Below are positions 59,222 through 64,000 of a DNA stretch of 64,000 nt, piece after piece. Source of the stretch: Abditibacterium sp. (GTDB lineage: Bacteria > Armatimonadota > Abditibacteriia > Abditibacteriales > Abditibacteriaceae). The position numbers and the translations under genes are program-made. How positions within the stretch are numbered: the first letter of the stretch is position 1; every line of letters begins with the position of its first letter. The stretch covers positions 3,264,001-3,328,000 of the forward strand of contig OZ251992.1 of NCBI GenBank assembly GCA_965246885.1, written 5' to 3'. The notes beneath the pieces were generated by a model. It did no database searches and was not told the DNA's origin. It saw only the letters and a program-made list of their open reading frames with translations.

Positions 59222-60291
59222 TAGTTCGCGTTGTCGTTGATGGCGTCGAGCATCTGCGTGCGGCGGTCTTGCACGAGGGACGCGATGAGGTCGTCTATCT
59301 CTCCCAAGAGGATGCGGTCAAGGGAACCGGATTTCCAGTTGATGCGGTGATCGGTGAGACGGTTTTCGGGGTAATTGTAGGTGCGGATCTTGTCGCTCCG
59401 GTCGCCGCTCTTGACGAGGGCTTTGCGGGTCGCGTCGCGCTCGGACGCGAGGCGCTGGCGCTCGATCTCGTATAAGCGCGAGCGCAAAACGAGCATGGCC
59501 TTTTCCCTATTCTGACGGAGGGAGCGTTCGTCTTGGCAGATGACCACAAGGCCGGACGGAAGGTGCGTGAGGCGCACGGCGGTTTCGTTCTTCTGGACGC
59601 TTTGCCCGCCCGCGCCGTTGGCGCGCATGGTGTCTTCCTTGATGTCGTTCTGGTTCAGTTCGATGTCCACTTCCTGCGCTTCGGGCAGAACGGCAACCGT
59701 TGCGGCGCTCGTGTGGACGCGGCCTTTTTGCTCGGTTGCGGGCACGCGCTGGACGCGGTGGACGCCGCTTTCCGTTTGCATCGCTTCCCAAGCGCCTTTG
59801 CCTTCTAAGGAGAAAACGACTTCCTTGAGGCCGCCCATTTCGGCTTCGGACATGGAAATAGGTTCTAATTTCCAGCCGCGCCGCTCGGCGAAGCGGTTGT
59901 ACATGCGGTAAAGGTCGCCCGCCCACAGCGCGGCTTCTTCGCCGCCCGCGCCGCCGCGAATTTCCATGATGACGTTGCGGTCGGCGTCCTCGTCGCGCGG
60001 AAGGAGCGCTTCTTCCAGTTCGGCATTGAGAGCCGCCAAACGCGGCTCGATGTCAGCGATTTCGTCGCGCGCCAGTTCGCCCAAGTCCGGGTCGTCCAGT
60101 TGCAAGCGCGCTTCTTCGAGGGAGCGTTCAAGGGCGTCCATTTGCTCGACCAAGCGCGCGATTGGTTCCATCTTCGAGCGCTCGCGCGACAGGCGTGAGA
60201 TGGCGGCGCCGTCGGTGGAAAGCGCGGGGTCGGAGAGTTGCGCGGTCAGGTCTTGGTATTTGTCGGCGAGTTCGCGGGCTTTATGGAGCAT
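59221..60291 (-). CDS. prfA: Peptide chain release factor 1
   Basis: VQRVPATE (PxT motif), GAGGQ, IRTYNYPENRLTDHRI. Confidence 0.95.
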   Translation of the reverse strand: MLHKARELADKYQDLTAQLSDPALSTDGAAISRLSRERSKMEPIARLVEQMDALERSLEEARLQLDDPDLGELARDEIADIEPRLAALNAELEEALLPRDEDADRNVIMEIRGGAGGEEAALWAGDLYRMYNRFAERRGWKLEPISMSEAEMGGLKEVVFSLEGKGAWEAMQTESGVHRVQRVPATEQKGRVHTSAATVAVLPEAQEVDIELNQNDIKEDTMRANGAGGQSVQKNETAVRLTHLPSGLVVICQDERSLRQNREKAMLVLRSRLYEIERQRLASERDATRKALVKSGDRSDKIRTYNYPENRLTDHRINWKSGSLDRILLGEIDDLIASLVQDRRTQMLDAINDNAN

Positions 60292-60303
60292 GGGTTCGGG
60301 GGG

Positions 60304-61341
60304 TCAGACGATGGCTTCTTCTTCGTTCACCATCGCATGCGCGCCGTCCGCTTGCATCGGTTCGGGCGGCGCTTCTTTGTCGAGCAGGACTTGCATGGCG
60401 CGGCATGCCACTTCTAACTGGGCGTCGTCGGGCTGCGAGGTCGTCAAGCGTTGCAGCCACATTCCCGGCGTAATTACGAGGTTGGCGAGCGCGCCCAGTC
60501 GCGGGTTCACCGTCGCTTTGAGCACTTCATATGAAATCCCCGCCACGAGCGGCAGCATCAGCAAGCGCAGCCCGACGCGCAGGAAGTGGTTCGCGGGCCA
60601 AGGCAGAAACGAGTACACGAAGATGCCCACGAACACCGTCAACAGCGCGAAGCCCGTTCCGCAACGCGGGTGCGGCGTATCGAAAGGCCGCGCCCCGGCA
60701 GGTGTCAAGGGGCGCTTGTTCTCGACGGCGTAAACGACCTTGTGCTCCGCGCCGTGATACGCGAACAAGCGCCGCACCTGCTTGCGCCGCCCGATGAGCC
60801 ACACGTACGCCACGAAAATGAGCAGCTTGACCGCGCCCTCAATAAGCGTGAGCGCCACAATCTGCAACCGCGTTGGAACACCGGTCGTGAAAAGCGGCTT
60901 AAAGACCGAGTGCGCCACCAGATTGGGCACCGCCACGAAGATGAGCGCGCCCAAGCCAAACGACAGTAGCGCCGTCAGCACAAACAGAAGCGGCAGCATC
61001 GGCGAGGTTTTCTTCGCGGTGGGCGCCGCGCTTGCTCCCGTCGGCGAAGCGATAGGCGCCGCCTCCGCTTTGTTCGCTTGCTTGGCGTCCTCGTCTTCGA
61101 GGGCCAGAGCGCTTGACCAGCGCAGGTAATCGGTGCCCAAGCGCATCATCTCCACGAGCGCGAAGATGCCGCGCAGAAGGAAGACGTTGAGAAACGGCTT
61201 CTTTTTGAGGATGGAATCGAACGGCTCGACGCGCGTCTGGATGGTGCCATCAGCCCGTCGCACCGCCGCGCCCACGTGCGAGGGGCCGCGCATCATCACC
61301 CCTTCGATGAGCGCTTGTCCACCGAGTTGAAATTGCGCCAT
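60304..61341 (-). CDS. DUF1385 membrane protein
   Basis: GGQALIEGVMMR, YHGAEHK, HPRCGT, GMWLQRLTT. Confidence 0.93.
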   Translation of the reverse strand: MAQFQLGGQALIEGVMMRGPSHVGAAVRRADGTIQTRVEPFDSILKKKPFLNVFLLRGIFALVEMMRLGTDYLRWSSALALEDEDAKQANKAEAAPIASPTGASAAPTAKKTSPMLPLLFVLTALLSFGLGALIFVAVPNLVAHSVFKPLFTTGVPTRLQIVALTLIEGAVKLLIFVAYVWLIGRRKQVRRLFAYHGAEHKVVYAVENKRPLTPAGARPFDTPHPRCGTGFALLTVFVGIFVYSFLPWPANHFLRVGLRLLMLPLVAGISYEVLKATVNPRLGALANLVITPGMWLQRLTTSQPDDAQLEVACRAMQVLLDKEAPPEPMQADGAHAMVNEEEAIV

Positions 61342-61351
61342 AATGCGAAAA

Positions 61352-61420
61352 TGCGGAGCGGGAAGCGCGAAGTGCGGAATTAACTCTGACGATTCCGCAC
61401 TTCGCGCTTCCCGCTCCGCA
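61352..61420 (-). repeat. Perfect 29-bp inverted repeat of 7-bp units between rpmE and DUF1385
   Basis: TGCGGAGCGGGAAGCGCGAAGTGCGGAAT-N11-ATTCCGCACTTCGCGCTTCCCGCTCCGCA. Confidence 0.92.
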
Positions 61421-61429
61421 CTGTAAAAG

Positions 61430-61663
61430 CTAACGTCGGCCCGATTTGGCGACGGGGGCGCCGTCTCCGGCGCGCTTTTGGTTGAACCGGTCAATGCGAC
61501 CGGCGGTGTCCACGACGCGCTTTTTGCCCGTGTAGAAAGGGTGGCAGTTCGAGCAGAGATCGAGTCGAACGTGGTCAACAGTGCCAAGCGCGCTCACGTC
61601 GGAAGCGCAGGACGAGCAGGTCATGCGCTCTTGCATGACATCAGGGTGAATTCCGGTTTTCAT
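61430..61663 (-). CDS. rpmE: 50S ribosomal protein L31 (Zn-binding type)
   Basis: MKTGIHP, CSSC, CSNCHPFYTG, GRIDRF; GGAGG RBS. Confidence 0.96.
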   Translation of the reverse strand: MKTGIHPDVMQERMTCSSCASDVSALGTVDHVRLDLCSNCHPFYTGKKRVVDTAGRIDRFNQKRAGDGAPVAKSGRR

Positions 61664-61819
61664 AGTTTTTCCTCCGCCGATACGAGCAACGCGAGCCGCG
61701 AGGCACCCGGCGAAAAACAGGGCGAGCCATTGGCCCGCCCTGCCTATGTTTAACAAAACGAACGGGGGAGCCTCTTCGTTCCGCCTTGCTCGCTGGCCGG
61801 TCGTCTCCATACTTCCCTC

Positions 61820-63340
61820 GTGTTTCGCCGCTTCGCCGCCTTGCCCGGCGCGCTGTTGACCGTCGCGGTCTTGGTGGCGCTCTGGGTGCCGTTGCTTGAC
61901 TTACACGGTTGTGCAATCGCGGCGTGGCTCCACGACTCGCGCCCCTTCCGCGACGTGTGGACGACCTTTGCGCCGCATTTATGGGAGCGGTCAGGACTGC
62001 TTGCCCTCGTTACGAGCTTCTTCGCGGCGCTTCTGGGGGTGCCCTGCGGCTGGCTGCTATCGCGCGGGCCACGCCGCTTGCGAACGCCCATGAGCATCGT
62101 GGCGGCTATGCCTTTGGGTTTGCCACCCGTGCTGCTCGCGGCGCCGTTTTTCTCGCTTACAGGACCAAGTCGCAACGCTCTGTGGGCGTGCGCGGGAGTT
62201 TTAGGGCTGTCGTTCTTTCCGGTCGTGGCGTTTTTGGTGGCGGCGGCCCTCAATGCCTTTCCGCCCGAAGAGGAAGAAGCCGCGCTCGGTTTCGCGTCGC
62301 CGTTTTGGGCGTGGGGGGGCGTGTTGGGGCGGCGGATGTGGCCCGTTGTGGGCGCGGCGTGCGGCGTTGTCGCGGCGCTTGCGCTATGGGAGATGGGCGC
62401 GCCCACGCTTTTGGGCTACTCGACTTTGTCGAGTGAAGTCTACCGCCAACTCGACACCGGTGGCGAGGGCAGCGCCCTGCCGGGATACCGCGCCGCGCTC
62501 GCCGGTTTGCCCCTGCCCTTGGCGGCCTTGGCCTTGCTGTGGCCCCTTGGCGCCGCGCGCTTTTCGTCCGGCACCGCGCGGCGCGGCGAAGGTTTCGCGC
62601 GTTTGCCCGCCTTGTCGTGGCTGGGGTTGGCCGTGTTAGGTGCCGCTCCCATCGGCATCTTGGCGCGCTTCATTTGGGCACTTGACGGCTGGAGCGCCTT
62701 GCGCACCACCCTTGCCGCCAACAGCGATGTGATCGCCAATACGATTCTCTTGGCAAGCGTCGCCTCCCTCGGCTGCACCTTCGGCGCGGCTGTTTTGTGC
62801 TGGACATGGCGCGACTGGCCCCGCATGCGCGCCGGGGTGTGGCTGCTCGGCGTGTTGCCGGGCGCGTTCGCGCCGGTCGTGATTGGAGTTGCCCTTGGCG
62901 AGTGGTTCAACCGCGACGCTTTCGCCTTCCTTTATGATTCGACCTACGGCATGGCGCTGTGGGGCGATTTCGCGCGCTTTTTTCCCGTCGCGCTCGCGCT
63001 AATGTTGCCCGTCGTGCTGTCTCTCGACGCCGAACTGTTATGGGCGGCGCGCGGCTTGGGCGCATCTTCCAGTCGCACCTTTTGGACAATCGCGCTTCCC
63101 TCCCTCCGTCCCGCCTTGGTCGGGGTGGCGGCGCTGTTGTGGGCGCTGTGCGCGGGCGAGTTAACTGTCGCGGTGCTGGTGCACGGGCCGGGGTCGGACA
63201 CCCTGCCCATCCCGATATTCAACTCGCTTCACGCGGGCATCGGCGCCGATGTCGCCGCGCTGTGCCTCGTGCTGGCGGCGCTGTGCGGCGGAGCGATGGC
63301 GGTTGCCTCCGTGTTTGGCCGCACCGGCAAACGGCGGTAA
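61820..63340 (+). CDS. Double-domain ABC transporter permease (FbpB/ThiP-like)
   Basis: About 12 TMs; two EAA-like loops (EEEAALGF; LWAARGLGAS). Confidence 0.8.
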   Translation: MFRRFAALPGALLTVAVLVALWVPLLDLHGCAIAAWLHDSRPFRDVWTTFAPHLWERSGLLALVTSFFAALLGVPCGWLLSRGPRRLRTPMSIVAAMPLGLPPVLLAAPFFSLTGPSRNALWACAGVLGLSFFPVVAFLVAAALNAFPPEEEEAALGFASPFWAWGGVLGRRMWPVVGAACGVVAALALWEMGAPTLLGYSTLSSEVYRQLDTGGEGSALPGYRAALAGLPLPLAALALLWPLGAARFSSGTARRGEGFARLPALSWLGLAVLGAAPIGILARFIWALDGWSALRTTLAANSDVIANTILLASVASLGCTFGAAVLCWTWRDWPRMRAGVWLLGVLPGAFAPVVIGVALGEWFNRDAFAFLYDSTYGMALWGDFARFFPVALALMLPVVLSLDAELLWAARGLGASSSRTFWTIALPSLRPALVGVAALLWALCAGELTVAVLVHGPGSDTLPIPIFNSLHAGIGADVAALCLVLAALCGGAMAVASVFGRTGKRR

Positions 63341-63409
63341 GCAAACTTCCAAGGCGCCCGAAACGCCGCCGAAACCGCCGCCTGCTAAACCCTCGCGCAG
63401 CCCTTGCCC

Positions 63410-64000
63410 ATGCGACGCGCGTTTACCCTTGTAGAAGTTTTGGTCGTCATCGCGGTCATTGCCATTCTCGCGGGCCTCTTGTTTCCGTCCTTTGCCCGCG
63501 CGCGCGAACAAGCGCGCAAGAGTTCGTGCATCAGCAACCTGCACCAACTGGGCATCGGCATCGCCATGTATCGGAGCGACTACGACGGCATCAATCCCCG
63601 CCACCGCTCCTGCCCCGACAAACCGTCGGATACGACCTGTTACAGCAGTTCCCCGACCATTCCCACCGGCCCCAACGAAACGTGGTGGGCGCCCTACGAC
63701 AACACCAAACCTTCCGAACCCGCCCTGCCCGATTCGGCCTATAACACCCCCGCCAAGCAAGGGTTTGTCATGCCTTACGTGAAGAGCCTGCAAATTTTCC
63801 ATTGCCCCTCCTACCCGCAGGGACAGGTCGGCTACGCGATGGGCTACGCCGACATCGGGCCAATGGGTAAGAACGAGGCGATGGTCGTCAACCCCGGCGC
63901 GCTCCAAGTGTGGGATCACGCCAAAACGCCCGGTTGCGCCGATACCGGCGCGAGCCATACCCTCGGCACGCCTTGGCCCTTCTTTCCGGTCGACGCCGAC
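63410..64000 (+). CDS. DUF1559 / prepilin-type protein, partial (runs off the window)
   Basis: Manual translation: [48 protein letters not shown]...[14 protein letters not shown]. Confidence 0.92.
   Translation, partial: MRRAFTLVEVLVVIAVIAILAGLLFPSFARAREQARKSSCISNLHQLGIGIAMYRSDYDGINPRHRSCPDKPSDTTCYSSSPTIPTGPNETWWAPYDNTKPSEPALPDSAYNTPAKQGFVMPYVKSLQIFHCPSYPQGQVGYAMGYADIGPMGKNEAMVVNPGALQVWDHAKTPGCADTGASHTLGTPWPFFPVDAD

Overview
GC-rich chromosomal window from a diderm bacterium. The gene content (DUF1559/H-X9-DG prepilin-like genes, a GntR-LacI hybrid regulator, an SLH-like outer-membrane protein, RF1 with GGQxVQKNETAVR) suggests Abditibacteriota/Armatimonadota; this is inference, with no database search. 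Most of the window is housekeeping: ftsH, tilS, fucI, ubiX/mqnP, rnpB, proC-sepF-yggS, rpsT, rnhA, trpE, mtaB, rimO, tyrS, pncA-pncB, ruvX, prfA, rpmE and tRNA-Pro(CGG). Accessory genes include a GH9 + lipoprotein + DUF1559 + regulator locus, a PemK/MazF toxin-antitoxin pair, a KaiC-like ATPase, a Kelch-LTD secreted protein and scattered pilus parts (Flp, an extended CpaF with a duplicated domain, a mini-secretin, a GspG-like protein). I found no integrase, transposase, CRISPR or prophage. The least explained signals are non-coding: (i) long hairpins built from short repeats that fill intercistronic gaps, with G-U polarity matching the transcribed strand; (ii) three unrelated 21/42-bp-period arrays, each ending in a hairpin; (iii) a Rex-like operator on pncAB and a sigma54 site on the Flp pilin; (iv) -10 boxes close to start codons, suggesting leaderless mRNAs. 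All product calls come from motif recognition by eye.
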